The notes under the pieces: model-generated | The model's input: the letters and a program-made list of their open reading frames with translations, nothing else | What the model was told of the DNA's origin: nothing | Databases searched by the model: none | Shown here: in pieces, positions 50,599 to 60,863 of the stretch | Position numbering within the stretch: position 1 is the first letter of the stretch | Layout of the letters: each line of letters begins with the position of its first letter | Made by a program: the position numbers and the translations under genes | DNA from: Chloroflexota bacterium | GTDB taxonomy: Bacteria; Chloroflexota; UBA11872; VXOZ01 | Length of the DNA: 64,000 nt | NCBI GenBank assembly: GCA_963662335.2 | Contig: CAXXVD010000002.1 | Location: forward strand, 64,001-128,000 | Reading direction: 5' to 3'

Positions 50599-50839
50599 TG
50601 CTTGTTCTCCTCGTTATCTGTGGGAACGTGGCGGTTGCTTTGCGCCACGGGCATTATAGCCGCTGCGCCGCCGTTCTCCAAGAGCGGCAGGCAACGGCTG
50701 CGCGCCGCGTTACGCGCACCGACGCTCGTCCAGGCGGCGCCATAGCAAACGGCAGCACAGATTCAAGCCACCGGGAATCTGGACATACGTTGCGGCTAGT
50801 CATATACTTTGTCCATATTTGGAGGCTTTGGGGGAGAGC

Positions 50840-51064
50840 ATGAAAGAGATTGAGGCCGCGAAATTCAAGGAACAGTGCTTGGCGCTGTTGGACAGTTTGG
50901 ACGCCGACGGGCTGATCATCACGAAGCGCGGCAAGCCCGTAGCGCGCGTTCTGCCCTGCGACGCCAATGACGGCGACCTCATTGGCAGCCTGGAGGGACG
51001 GCTTAACATCAAGGGGGACATATTCACCACCGGAATCCGCTGGGACGCAGAGGGTCAACCTTGA
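50840..51064 (+). CDS. Phd/YefM family antitoxin
   Basis: MKEIEAAKFKEQCLALLD...IITKRGKPVARV. Confidence 0.88.
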   Translation: MKEIEAAKFKEQCLALLDSLDADGLIITKRGKPVARVLPCDANDGDLIGSLEGRLNIKGDIFTTGIRWDAEGQP

Positions 51065-51182
51065 CGCGCGTATCCTCATATTCGCATGCAACGGCGAACG
51101 CGAGGTAAGCGAAGAGCGTCTGGTGGCGCGTTATATCGCCCGTCGGCAGCGCACGCAGTCGGGAAGAAGGCAAGTAGGCTAA
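51051..51182 (+). pseudogene. Truncated PIN/VapC remnant
   Basis: VNLDARILIFA resembles a PIN N-terminus (LDTHIL); no start codon; ends after ~43 codons. Confidence 0.6.
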
Positions 51183-51247
51183 CAAGGATATAATCACTCG
51201 AGCGAAGCGGACGCTAAGAGCGTTCGCATCAAGGAGGAGGCATAGCC

Positions 51248-52216
51248 ATGCAACTCGGTGTTTTGACGGTGCTCTTGGGCGACTTGCCCTTTGAAGAGGC
51301 GCTGGACTATCTGCGCGACCTGGGCGTGCAGTCGGTGGAGATCGGCTGCGGCAACTATCCGGGCAACGCCCATTGCGACCCGGACGCGCTGCTGCACGAC
51401 GACAAGGCCTGCGACGCCTTTCTCCACGCCGTAACCAGTCGCGACATGGAGATTTGCGCGTTGGCCGCCCACGGCAATCCGCTCCATCCCAACCCCAAGA
51501 TTGCGCGGGCGCACGCCGAGACCCAGCGCAAGGCCATTCAACTGGCGCACAAACTGGGCGTGGAGACGGTGGTCGGCTTCTCCGGCTGTCCGGGCGATTC
51601 CGACGGCTCCAAGTATCCCAACTGGGTCACGTGTCCCTGGCCGACGGACTATCTGGAGATTCTGGAGTGGCAGTGGGAGCGGAAGGTCATCCCCTACTGG
51701 AAGGAGGAGGCCGACTTCCTGCGGGAGCACAACGCCCGCATGGCGTTGGAGATGCACCCCGGCTTCGTGGTCTACAATTCCGAGACCTGCCTGCAACTGC
51801 GGGAGGCGTGCGGGCCCGAAATCGGCGCGAACCTGGATCCCAGCCACCTCTTCTGGCAGGGTTGCGACATCATCGCCGTCATCCGCGAGTTGGGCGAGGC
51901 CGGCGCGCTCTACCACTTCCACGCCAAAGACACGAAAGTCCACCCCTTGAACGCCGCCAAGCACGGCGTGCTGGACACTAAGTCCTACACCGATGAAGTC
52001 AACCGCTCCTGGCTCTTCCGCAGCGTGGGCTACGGCCACGACTACGGCTACTGGAAGGACATCGTGAGCGAACTGCGCCTGGTGGGCTACGACGGCGTGC
52101 TCTCCATCGAGCACGAGGACAGCCTGATGTCGTCCAACGAGGGCCTGGAAAAGGGCGTGAAGTTCCTGAAGGAAATACTCATCTTCGAGGTGCCGGGCAC
52201 GGCCTATTGGGCGTAA
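51248..52216 (+). CDS. Sugar phosphate isomerase/epimerase (AP endonuclease 2 TIM barrel)
   Basis: LEMHPG, NLDPSH, HFHAKD, LSIEHED. Confidence 0.92.
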   Translation: MQLGVLTVLLGDLPFEEALDYLRDLGVQSVEIGCGNYPGNAHCDPDALLHDDKACDAFLHAVTSRDMEICALAAHGNPLHPNPKIARAHAETQRKAIQLAHKLGVETVVGFSGCPGDSDGSKYPNWVTCPWPTDYLEILEWQWERKVIPYWKEEADFLREHNARMALEMHPGFVVYNSETCLQLREACGPEIGANLDPSHLFWQGCDIIAVIRELGEAGALYHFHAKDTKVHPLNAAKHGVLDTKSYTDEVNRSWLFRSVGYGHDYGYWKDIVSELRLVGYDGVLSIEHEDSLMSSNEGLEKGVKFLKEILIFEVPGTAYWA

Positions 52217-52283
52217 GATTTCGGCCTATTCGGCGTAGGGGCACGGCCTATCGGGTATAATGGCACGGCCTACCGGGTGTAGG
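52196..52283 (+). repeat. Four imperfect 22-bp tandem repeats leading into a family D REP
   Basis: GGCCTA at 52201, 52223, 52245, 52267. Confidence 0.75.
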
Positions 52284-52354
52284 GGCACGACATGTCGTGC
52301 CCCTACACCCGATGCGCCAAACCCACGAATAGAATTGGAAACAGAGTCACTGCC

Positions 52355-53200
52355 ATGAACGATACACGCATGAACAACACAAGCTGCTCAACGGCGCTCT
52401 TCCGGGACCGCGAACTTGCCCCGGCGCTGGACGCCATCGTCGCGGCCGGCTTTCCCCAGGCCGAACTCAACATAAGAGAGCCTCACGTCTATTCAGCGGA
52501 CGCCGCTGAGGTGCGCCGCGTGCAAAGCGAGTTCGCGGCGCGTCCTCTGCGCCCGCGGACGATGCACGCGCCGTCGGGCCGCAGCATTCTAGGCGCGCTG
52601 GATGACGAGTGGCACAAGGAGAGCTTCGGCATCCTGAGCCAGTACGCGCGCATGGCCGGCAATCTCGGCCTGACCGAGATGGTGATTCATCCCATCCCCA
52701 ACCCGTCCCTCGTGCCTGACCCCGCTGATCCGGCGCTGGCCGGGCAACTCCGCGATGGGATCCGGCGCTCGCTGGACGCGCTGCTGCCCGTCACCGAGCC
52801 GGCCGGCGTGCGCATTACGGTGGAAAACCTGCCGTATCCGGATTATCCGTTGAACAACATTCAGGATCTGCGCGCGGTGGTGGAGCCGTATCCCGACACG
52901 GCGGTGGGACTCATCATCGACCTGGGGCACGTTGGGAAAGTCGGCCGCGATCCGGTCACGGATATCCGCGCCGCCGGCGACCGGCTCTGCGGCACGCACA
53001 TCCACGACCTGAACGCGCCCGGCGGCGTCGACCACCATTCGCCGGTCGTGAACACGTATGATTGGGCCGCCATCCGCCGGGCCTTCGCCGAGATCGGCTA
53101 CCAGGGCCCGTGGACGATGGAGGTCTCCCAGACCAGCCGGGATGAGAGCCTGGACGAGTTGGCTCAGGAAATCGCCGGCTGGCTTGGCGACTGGCTCTAG
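52355..53200 (+). CDS. Sugar phosphate isomerase/epimerase family protein
   Basis: VENLP, DLGH, THIHD, DHH, TME metal-binding motifs. Confidence 0.85.
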   Translation: MNDTRMNNTSCSTALFRDRELAPALDAIVAAGFPQAELNIREPHVYSADAAEVRRVQSEFAARPLRPRTMHAPSGRSILGALDDEWHKESFGILSQYARMAGNLGLTEMVIHPIPNPSLVPDPADPALAGQLRDGIRRSLDALLPVTEPAGVRITVENLPYPDYPLNNIQDLRAVVEPYPDTAVGLIIDLGHVGKVGRDPVTDIRAAGDRLCGTHIHDLNAPGGVDHHSPVVNTYDWAAIRRAFAEIGYQGPWTMEVSQTSRDESLDELAQEIAGWLGDWL

Positions 53201-53316
53201 CGGCTGGGGGATGCCGTCCAATCTAGCGGCCGCGTCTTGCTGCTTGCGCCGCGATTACCGCGCTTGCAGGCACAACCGGGCGTTCCCGCCGCCGCGAGTC
53301 TGTCCCCCTTTGGTTG

Positions 53317-54036
53317 CTAGCGCCGCCGCCACATCGCTTCCAGCCGGTCTTGCGGCGTGAAGCCCAGCAGGCGCTTGTTCTTCTCGTTGCTGAAGCGTTG
53401 GTGGGGCAGGTCGGCGAAGATGTTGAAGACCTCGCAGCGGGAGGGGAGCGTCGCCAGGTCTACGCTGAGACCCAGGCGGATCGCCTCGGCGGCGTCGCGC
53501 CAGGAAATGGCAAACGGATGGTTCAGGCCCACCGTTGGCGCGTCGTGGTCTTGAAAGTCGTAGAAGAGGAAGCAGAGCACGTGCACGTCGTGGTTTTCCG
53601 TGAAGACCTTGCAGATCTCTTGCCCGAGCCCTTTGCTGAGGGCGTAGAGATACGTGCTGGGGTGCGGCGGCACGTCCGGGCCGATTTCGTAGTCGAACGC
53701 GGTGTAGCTGCGGCCGGCGATGGTGAAGTGCGGGCCGGTGTTGAGCACGCGCGGGATACCGTGGGCAACGGCCGCCCGCAGCATGTTGTAGCAGCCGCGC
53801 GCGTTCACGTCGAACGCCGCCTGCCCGTCCTCGCGCACCACGGTGCAGTTGACGATGGCGTCCATGCCTTCCGCCGCGCGGTGGACGTCGTCAGGGTCGG
53901 CGACGTCCACGCGCCGGTACTCGTGGGGCGTCTCGACCGGCGAAATATCGGTGACGCGCAGCGTGTGTTCGCCTTCCAGAGCGCGGATGACGTGCGGCCC
54001 CAAACGCGCCGCGCCGCCGAGGATCAAGACCCTCAT
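53317..54036 (-). CDS. NAD-dependent epimerase/dehydratase (uronate-dehydrogenase-like)
   Basis: MRVLILGGAARLG, DVNARGCYN, YALSK; ATGA-coupled to the upstream gene. Confidence 0.88.
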   Translation of the reverse strand: MRVLILGGAARLGPHVIRALEGEHTLRVTDISPVETPHEYRRVDVADPDDVHRAAEGMDAIVNCTVVREDGQAAFDVNARGCYNMLRAAVAHGIPRVLNTGPHFTIAGRSYTAFDYEIGPDVPPHPSTYLYALSKGLGQEICKVFTENHDVHVLCFLFYDFQDHDAPTVGLNHPFAISWRDAAEAIRLGLSVDLATLPSRCEVFNIFADLPHQRFSNEKNKRLLGFTPQDRLEAMWRRR

Positions 54037-54764
54037 GCCTCGCCTCCGCTTGAGCGGTCGGGCGCAAAGCCGAGCGCGTCCCGCGCCCTGGCGCTGCTGA
54101 ACCGCGCACCCGGAAACGCCGACTGCACGTGGTATATTGCCCAGGGTTCGGCCGGGGCCGCCAAAGCGCGTTCGAAGGCGTGCACGGCGTCCGTGTGCGC
54201 CAGCCAGGTTGGGTCGTCCGGCGGCGCGGCGCGCCCACCGGGTTGACCGACGTTCCCCAAGCGCAGGCACGTGACCGCGATGCGCCCTTCCCGCGCGAAT
54301 TCGCGGCAGACGAACTCGCCGAGATGCCGCGCCAGAACCGGCGGTTCCGTAGACGGCCGGGGCCGCCATCGTTCGTCGACGGCCCAATCCTCGCCGCAGC
54401 CGACTTCGTCGAAGATGTTCGCAAAGAGGCTGAGGCTGCTGGTGTAGACGCAGCGCGCGACCCCGGCCTCGCTGGCGGCGAGCAAGAGGTTGTAGGTGCA
54501 GCGGGTGTGGAAGTCGAGGAGCCGGTTCGCGGATTCTTCCGTTTCACTCGCGTAATCCGGCGGCGGTTCCGCCAGGTGGATGAGCGCGTCCACTCCGGCA
54601 ACCAGGTCAGCGGTCGCCGCATCATGTCCCAGTGCGCAGCGGGTGAACGGCCAGGGCAGGGCCACGTCCACCACATCCGTCAAGTGTACGCTATGGTCTG
54701 TGGAGAACGCCCGCGCCAGGTCTTGCGCCAAGGCGGAGGCGGCGGACGTTATCAGGATGTTCAC
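54033..54764 (-). CDS. NAD-dependent epimerase/dehydratase-like protein with degenerate motifs
   Basis: Rossmann-type start ILITSAASAL, LIHLA, VYTSS; lacks the Gly-rich loop and YxxxK. Confidence 0.75.
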   Translation of the reverse strand: MNILITSAASALAQDLARAFSTDHSVHLTDVVDVALPWPFTRCALGHDAATADLVAGVDALIHLAEPPPDYASETEESANRLLDFHTRCTYNLLLAASEAGVARCVYTSSLSLFANIFDEVGCGEDWAVDERWRPRPSTEPPVLARHLGEFVCREFAREGRIAVTCLRLGNVGQPGGRAAPPDDPTWLAHTDAVHAFERALAAPAEPWAIYHVQSAFPGARFSSARARDALGFAPDRSSGGEA

Positions 54765-54815
54765 TCAGGAGGCTCCTCTTCCTCTTGTCCCTCACCCCGG
54801 CCCTCTCCCCCAGGG

Positions 54816-55267
54816 ACGCTTGATGCAGATTAGTTTAGCCATTGAAGAGCGTGGCCAATGCCAGCGGTGGACGCCCGAGGTACCGGTTCACCCAGATACC
54901 CAGGTTGAGGGCAGCCGGTTTAGCGGCCACATGACCACGACACCGGCGCAGCAGGCGCGGAAAGTAGCGGCGCCAGTGTGCCGTCGCATACCGCAGGAAC
55001 GCACGCTCAGACCTGCCAAACCACTGGCAACTGAGCGCCAGTGTCGGCGCCTCGCTGACAGACATCGCCGGCCGCTTGCCCGGACGTTAGGGCTTGGTGG
55101 GGGCAAAGTGCTGCTCATACTAATCGTCCACGATGGTGCACACTGTCACGAGGCAGGTGTGGAGGTCTACGGTCATGGCCAGCCTCCTGCCGTTTGCATA
55201 GGGTTCACGGCTAGCTTACACCATCCTCGACACCTTTCTTCCCCTGTCCCTAATTTGCATCAAACGT
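54816..55267 (-). mobile_element. IS982-family internal-deletion derivative (452 bp)
   Basis: 18-bp TIRs ACGCTTGATGCAGATTAG / CTAATTTGCATCAAACGT; 8-bp direct repeat CCCCAGGG; transposase N- and C-termini fused (55176-54835) with two stops. Confidence 0.85.
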
Positions 55268-55490
55268 CCCCAGGGAAAGGGAGCGATTTCGTTTGTCGGC
55301 TTGAGTTTTTGCAAAGGTCTCCTCAGGGATTTGTAGACTTCTGGAGTAGCGCGGGGGCTTGTCCCCCGCTCCGGTCACCGTGCGCCCGCGCGGAGAAGAC
55401 GGATTCCGCGCCCCCTCATGGAGGCGAACTTTCGCGGAAATGACGGAGTCTTGGCATCTCCGCCGCCCGCCAGCATAACGGTGGCAACGG

Positions 55491-57407
55491 CTACTCGCCG
55501 GCTGATTCCACCTGCTCGAAAACCGCCGCCAGTTCCGCCGGCGTGTGGGCGCGCGCCGCCTCAGCATCGCCGCTAGAGACGATTGCCGTTGGTGCGGCGT
55601 CGATTGCCGCGATACCGAGCGCCGCCAGCAGGTCCGCGTCGCTTGCCGGGTCGAGCCACTGGGTGACCTGCGCCGGCGTGTGGACGCGCAGCGCCTGCCG
55701 GAAGAGTTCCCGCGCCTGCGGAGCGTCGCGCGCGCCGACCACCACGATGCGCGTAGGCGGCCGCAGGAGGCGGTCGACCGCCTGGCCGTAGAGCGCGCCA
55801 AAGTGCCCAAAGTAGCGGAACGACTCCGCGTAGTTTGCCAGCGCGGTCTCGGCCACGGCGTGGTACCGCCCGTTGCCGGTGAGCCGCCACAGGCGGATCA
55901 AGAGTTCGGCCGCCGCCGCCGTGTCCGCCAATACCTCCTGGCGGTGGGCCAGCAAGCCCAACGGGGACTGGGAACCGCCGCGCTCCGCCGCCGCGCCCGC
56001 CTCCCCGCCGGCGGACTGCGCGGAGTCGGCGTTGTGCGTTGCGGTATCCCAGAAGCCGCCGCTGGCGGGATCGTGATGCGCCCGCAGGATATGCGTGCCG
56101 ATCGTCTGCGCCCGGTCCAGGTATTCGCGTGCGCCGGTGGCCTCGTAAGCGTGCCCAAAGGCGCGTGCAACCGCGATCTGGTCCGGCAGCCAGCCCCAGC
56201 CGTACGCGCCGCCGTCCCAATTGCGCGCCATGCCGCGCTGCGGATCCCACATTTCTTGCCACATGTGTGCCAGTAGCCGGATTGCGTGGTCGCAATACGT
56301 CTCATCCTCCGTCGTGCGGAAAGCGTCCAGGAAAGCCTGCGCCGCCAGCGCGTTTTCCCTGGCGTGGATAATCGGATCAACGCAGGTCTCGCCGTAGGCG
56401 CGCCGTTGCGCGGCCGGCAGGTGATAGTACGCATCCGGCGCAAAGAATCCGCCGTAGTACGCGCCGGTAGCCGGGTCGCGCAACCGCTCAACCAGATACC
56501 GCAGCACGCGCGCCCCGGTCTGCTTGAAGGCCTCCTCGCGAAAGACGTGCGCCGCTTCCATATAGAGGGAAACCAGCGCCGCGTTCTCTTCCAGCATGAC
56601 CTCGCGCTCCGGGTTCTCCCACTGCGCGTCGTTGGCAAAGCGAAAGAACACGCCGTCCTCGCGGTCGAAGAGGTTGCTCAGCGCCATGATGTCCAGCGAG
56701 TGCTTGACCAAGGCGGCCAGATCGTAGTCCAGGGTATGCTGGCACCACTCCAGCGCGAAGCCCAGCGCCTCGGTGTGGGTGAACTTGGGCGCTTCCCCCA
56801 GGCCGCCGTTCACCTGATCGAACGCGGCGGTGATGAAAGCGACAACCTCTGCCGGAATCGCCGGCGTCGGCACGCCGTCCGCGGCCCGTTCCGCCGCCTC
56901 CGCCGCGCGCCGTTTCTCCTCCAGCGCGCCCAGTTTCGCGCGGATTGTGTCGCGGTTCCGGCGGTACTCATCCGCCAGTTCCACCAGAAAGTCGCGCATC
57001 TCCTGGGGCGGGATGTACGTCGCGCCGGCCATCAATTCGCCTTCCGGCGTCAGGAAGGCCGTGGTGGGCAGGCCGCCGCGATTGTAGCGCCGGTCCACGT
57101 CGGGCCGCGCGGCGGCGTCCACCCGCACCGGCACGTATTCGGTCTTGATGAGAAACTGCACCGTGTCGTCGGAATACGCCTGCTCGTCCATCAGGTGCGA
57201 CCACCGGCTCCAGGCCGCGGTGATGCAGAGCAGGATGGGCCGGTTGCGCGCCCGCGCCTCGGCGAACGCCGCCGCCGACCACGCGCGCCACGGGATGCGC
57301 CCCGCGCTATGCGGGCGCGGCGAAAAACGGAACTCTTCATGCTGCGCTGTTTCAGAAACCGGCTTCATCGCGTGCTCGCTGGCGTAAATCGCACTCTTGC
57401 TACGCAC
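55491..57407 (-). CDS. YyaL/DUF255 thioredoxin-like plus alpha/alpha toroid protein
   Basis: IPWRAWSAAAF, RPDVDRRY..GGLPTTAFLTP, APKF, FFRFA, VMLEENA; start may be ATG 57368. Confidence 0.88.
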   Translation of the reverse strand: MRSKSAIYASEHAMKPVSETAQHEEFRFSPRPHSAGRIPWRAWSAAAFAEARARNRPILLCITAAWSRWSHLMDEQAYSDDTVQFLIKTEYVPVRVDAAARPDVDRRYNRGGLPTTAFLTPEGELMAGATYIPPQEMRDFLVELADEYRRNRDTIRAKLGALEEKRRAAEAAERAADGVPTPAIPAEVVAFITAAFDQVNGGLGEAPKFTHTEALGFALEWCQHTLDYDLAALVKHSLDIMALSNLFDREDGVFFRFANDAQWENPEREVMLEENAALVSLYMEAAHVFREEAFKQTGARVLRYLVERLRDPATGAYYGGFFAPDAYYHLPAAQRRAYGETCVDPIIHARENALAAQAFLDAFRTTEDETYCDHAIRLLAHMWQEMWDPQRGMARNWDGGAYGWGWLPDQIAVARAFGHAYEATGAREYLDRAQTIGTHILRAHHDPASGGFWDTATHNADSAQSAGGEAGAAAERGGSQSPLGLLAHRQEVLADTAAAAELLIRLWRLTGNGRYHAVAETALANYAESFRYFGHFGALYGQAVDRLLRPPTRIVVVGARDAPQARELFRQALRVHTPAQVTQWLDPASDADLLAALGIAAIDAAPTAIVSSGDAEAARAHTPAELAAVFEQVESAGE

Positions 57408-57456
57408 TCATTATACCGAGAGGCAGCCGCATCATCGTAGCGCGGGGGCTTGTCCT

Positions 57457-57650
57457 CAATGCTGTCGCATTAAACATAATGAGAAACTACACCGTGCCTG
57501 ATTCCTCTGGTAGCGCAGGTTTGCAACCTGCGACGTGGTAGGGTCAAGATGTGGCATCGTCTGCCGGCGGGAAACTTGAGGCGATCGCCCGCCGTGCCTT
57601 GCACACCTGCGGGGGACAAGCCCCCGCGTTACGTTAATGCGACAACATTG
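57457..57650. mobile_element. IS4-like MITE inserted in a family C REP (second clear copy)
   Basis: TIRs CAATGCTGTCGCATTAA / TTAATGCGACAACATTG; flanks GGGCTTGTCCT / GCGCTTGTCCC. Confidence 0.8.
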
Positions 57651-58015
57651 GCGCTTGTCCCCCGCCTGCCGGCAAAGAGCGCGCCTTTCGCTATGGCAGA
57701 GGCAGTCACATCGATGGGGAAGCCCATTCCAAGGATATCTCTACCCTGCATGTCGAAAGGCGTAGGGGCACGACATGTCGTGCCCCTACGCCGCCACGCT
57801 AAGGCGTCGGCGCATGGTGCGCGCACGCCCAGAGCAGCGCGCATTCATACCAGCGCCCCGAATCATCATGTTAGGCAACGCCTCGCCCTGTCATTCTGAG
57901 GAGCGCAGCGACGAAGAATCTAGCGCCGATTGCGCTCCAGATTCCTCGCTGCGCTCGGAATGACAATAGATGCAGCCCCACAGGGCCAACACTTCCGTGC
58001 CCAGCCATCCTACAG

Positions 58016-58045
58016 TTGACAAAGCTACCGCAGTGCACTAACAAT
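58016..58045 (+). promoter_or_regulatory. Possible sigma70 promoter of the binding-protein gene
   Basis: TTGACA-N18-AACAAT. Confidence 0.3.
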
Positions 58046-58228
58046 AGGGTAGCGTAGCAGCCTGACCGTGTTGCGGCGAGAGTTTTCGGTACTGGTTGTA
58101 TATCCGCCGCGTGCAGAGGAGGTGCAGGACACGGGGGAATCGGGCCTACCCAAGCCAAGCCGCGTTCCTCTAGAGAGAGGAATGCGCATGTGTGCGAACC
58201 GTAGTGGCATTGTGTATCAAGGAGAGAG

Positions 58229-59623
58229 ATGACAATGCGAACCCGTTTTACCAGACGGACGATTCTGGGCGGCATGGGCGTCGGGATTGGCGCCGCGTTT
58301 GCGGCCGCCTGCGGCGCGGGCGCGGGCATGGCCCCGGCCGGGGACACGCCGGCGGAGTCCGACGGCGACGGCGAAGCCGCGGAGCCCATGATGGAAAAGC
58401 AGAAGGTGCTCTACTGGTCCCACTCCACCCAGCCCTTCCATGAGGACATTGGCGCCGAGATGGTCGCCGAGTTCAACGAGTCGCAGGACGGCGTCGAGGT
58501 CTTTGCCGTCGGCACCGCCTACGGCGACACCAAGAACAAGCTCCCCACCGTGGTCGCGGCGGGCAGCGCGCCGGACATCTCGTTCCTCGACCGCTACATC
58601 ACCAAGAGCCACGCCGCCGTGGGCGCCACCATGGACATTACCCCGTTCGTGAAGGCTTCCAGCGTGATGCAGCCGGACGACGTCTGGGACCGCATCCTGA
58701 ACGACGTGACCTACAAGGGCCGCCACTTTGGCTGGCCGTGGGGCCCGGACACCCGCACGCTCTTCCTGAACCACGACGTGCTGATCGAAGTCGGCATCGA
58801 TCCGGAAGAGCCGATTGGGGACTGGGAAGACTTCCATAACGCGTCGAGCAAGATTCACACGCTGGAAGGCGAGAACATCACCCGCCTGGGCTTTGTGCCC
58901 AACTGGGGCAGCGCCGGCATCATTGCCGGTTGGATGATTCCCTACTGGCAGCAGGGTATGACTCTCACCAGCGCAGACGAGACCAAGGCCACCATGGACA
59001 ATGCGGAGATGGCCGCGGCGCTGGAGCACAGCACCCGCTTCTACGACGCGCAGGGCGGCTGGGACGCCGTGCAGGCGTTCCGCGGCGATTTGTCGCCGGC
59101 GCTCGTGTTTACCGGCGGCGGCGTGGGCATGTTCTTCGATACCTACAGCACGCCGCGCAATACGGCGTTCGCCGAGGAATACGCCAAGATCGACTACAGC
59201 GTCGTCTTCGAGCCGTATCCTGACGATGGCCAACCCGCGACCTACGGCGGCGGCTGGTCCAACGTCATTCCCACCGGCGCCAAGTCGGCGGAGGGCGCGT
59301 TCCAGTTCCTCGAGTTCCTCTTCATGGAGCCGCAGGACCGCCGCTGGGCCGATCGCTGGAACCGCATTCCGGTGCGGAAGTCCGTCGGCCGCAGCGAGGA
59401 GTTCATCCAGGGTGACGCCGACCGCGCCCACGCCATCGACGAGATGCCGGGCGCGCACTGGGTGGTCACCGCCGCCGGCGGCCCCGACATCCTCGGCGCC
59501 CACATCCAGCTCAGCCGGGACGCCTGGCAGCACCTGAAGACCATCCCCGAGGCCATGAAAGAGGCCGAGGCCAAGACCCAGCAACTGCTGGACGAGTGGG
59601 AAGCCAACTCGGTCGTGCAGTAG
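58229..59623 (+). CDS. ABC sugar-type substrate-binding lipoprotein with Tat signal
   Basis: TRRTILG, AAAC lipobox, AAGSAPDI, LFLNHD. Confidence 0.9.
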   Translation: MTMRTRFTRRTILGGMGVGIGAAFAAACGAGAGMAPAGDTPAESDGDGEAAEPMMEKQKVLYWSHSTQPFHEDIGAEMVAEFNESQDGVEVFAVGTAYGDTKNKLPTVVAAGSAPDISFLDRYITKSHAAVGATMDITPFVKASSVMQPDDVWDRILNDVTYKGRHFGWPWGPDTRTLFLNHDVLIEVGIDPEEPIGDWEDFHNASSKIHTLEGENITRLGFVPNWGSAGIIAGWMIPYWQQGMTLTSADETKATMDNAEMAAALEHSTRFYDAQGGWDAVQAFRGDLSPALVFTGGGVGMFFDTYSTPRNTAFAEEYAKIDYSVVFEPYPDDGQPATYGGGWSNVIPTGAKSAEGAFQFLEFLFMEPQDRRWADRWNRIPVRKSVGRSEEFIQGDADRAHAIDEMPGAHWVVTAAGGPDILGAHIQLSRDAWQHLKTIPEAMKEAEAKTQQLLDEWEANSVVQ

Positions 59624-59678
59624 GGACTGGCTGTCTTACAGACGGTAACGGTTCTCATTTGGGACTGGTCTGGAAAGT

Positions 59679-59713
59679 GAAGAGGGTGGCGCCAATTTGG
59701 CGCCACCCTCTTC
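59679..59713 (+). terminator. Intrinsic terminator-like hairpin
   Basis: GAAGAGGGTGGCGCCAA-T-TTGGCGCCACCCTCTTC followed by a T-rich tract, after the binding-protein gene. Confidence 0.55.
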
Positions 59714-59949
59714 TTGTTCGTCCACCCAAGCACGACGTGGCAACGGCACAAAGCCGAATTCACCGGGACAATGAGGGCAATTGCACTCCGTCACTCCGGC
59801 GAAAGCCGGAGTCTAGGGTAGCGCGAGAAGATGGATTCCCTAGACTCCCTACTTTAGGTTGACGGCAACCTGGTCACACAAGTGGAGAGCCGTGAAGACG
59901 ACTGAGGGCGTAACCCACGAACCGGAAGAGGCCTGTCCCCTGGGGCTGC

Positions 59950-60088
59950 GCTCGCCTACATGAGCGAGCAGTCCGACGCGCCCGAGGCCGGTGAGATTTC
60001 GCTGCGGCTGCTGCGGCACTTCGCGTCCGGCGTGCGCCACCGCAAGTATCAGGGCATCGACATCGTTACGGTCGAGGCGCCGCGCTAG
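59950..60088 (+). pseudogene. Probable orphan 3' gene fragment (EISLRLLRHFASGVRHRKYQGIDIVTV)
   Basis: Protein-like 43-codon frame with host-like codon usage between repeats; family not established. Confidence 0.3.
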
Positions 60089-60415
60089 CGTAGGGGGGAG
60101 GCGCGGCCGCTGCAAGATCTCAGGCGGGGGACGAGCCCCCGCGCTACTCGAAGTCACACGCCGTTCGGCCTGAGCGACGTCGAAGGGTGATTAGCGTGGA
60201 GAACGAAGTAGGAGTTACACGCTCCCCGCCGTTCATGCTTCGACAAGGGCTTCGCGCAGCCCTCAGCACGAACGGGAGGGAATCGGGCGCGACAGACCCG
60301 TTCGCCCTGAGCGCCGTCGAAGGGTGAACGGCGTGGGGAATGAAGTAGAAGTTGCGGCGCTCTTCTCAGGCGGGGGACGAGCCCCCGCGCTACGTTAGTG
60401 CGGCAACGCCCAGGC

Positions 60416-60847
60416 TCAGACCCCGGTGCTGCCGAAGCCGCCGCGGTCGTCGCCCGTGAAGCGCGCCACCTCTTCCCACGTCACGCGCGGCGCGGGCACG
60501 AGCAGCGCCTGGGCGATCCGCTCGCCGCGTTCCACCGTCACGGGCGCGGCGGTGACGTTATGGAAGAGCGCCTGGATCTCGTCGCCGTCGCCGCAGTAGT
60601 CCTGGTCGATGACGCCGACGCCGTTTGCTTTCAGCAGTCCCTTGCGCACGGGGGTGCTGCTGCGGCTGACGACCAGCAGCGCGTAGCCCGGCGGCACCTC
60701 GATGACCACGTTGCACGGCACGCGGACGGTCTCTCGCGGCCCAATCGTCACCGCATTGCGGGCGCAGAGATCAAAGGCCACCGCGCCGCCGGTGGCGTAG
60801 CGGGGCAGGGGCAGCGTGGGATCGATGCGTTTGATGCGCACGTTCAT
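60416..60847 (-). CDS. dut: dUTP diphosphatase (trimeric)
   Basis: AFDL, SRSS, GVIDQDYCG, GERIAQ, RGGFGSTG; start ATG 60847. Confidence 0.95.
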   Translation of the reverse strand: MNVRIKRIDPTLPLPRYATGGAVAFDLCARNAVTIGPRETVRVPCNVVIEVPPGYALLVVSRSSTPVRKGLLKANGVGVIDQDYCGDGDEIQALFHNVTAAPVTVERGERIAQALLVPAPRVTWEEVARFTGDDRGGFGSTGV

Positions 60848-60863
60848 AGGAAGGATGGCGTCT

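Noticed and set aside
52196-52306. Possible CRISPR array
   Set aside because: Tandem units have no unique spacers; no cas genes in the window
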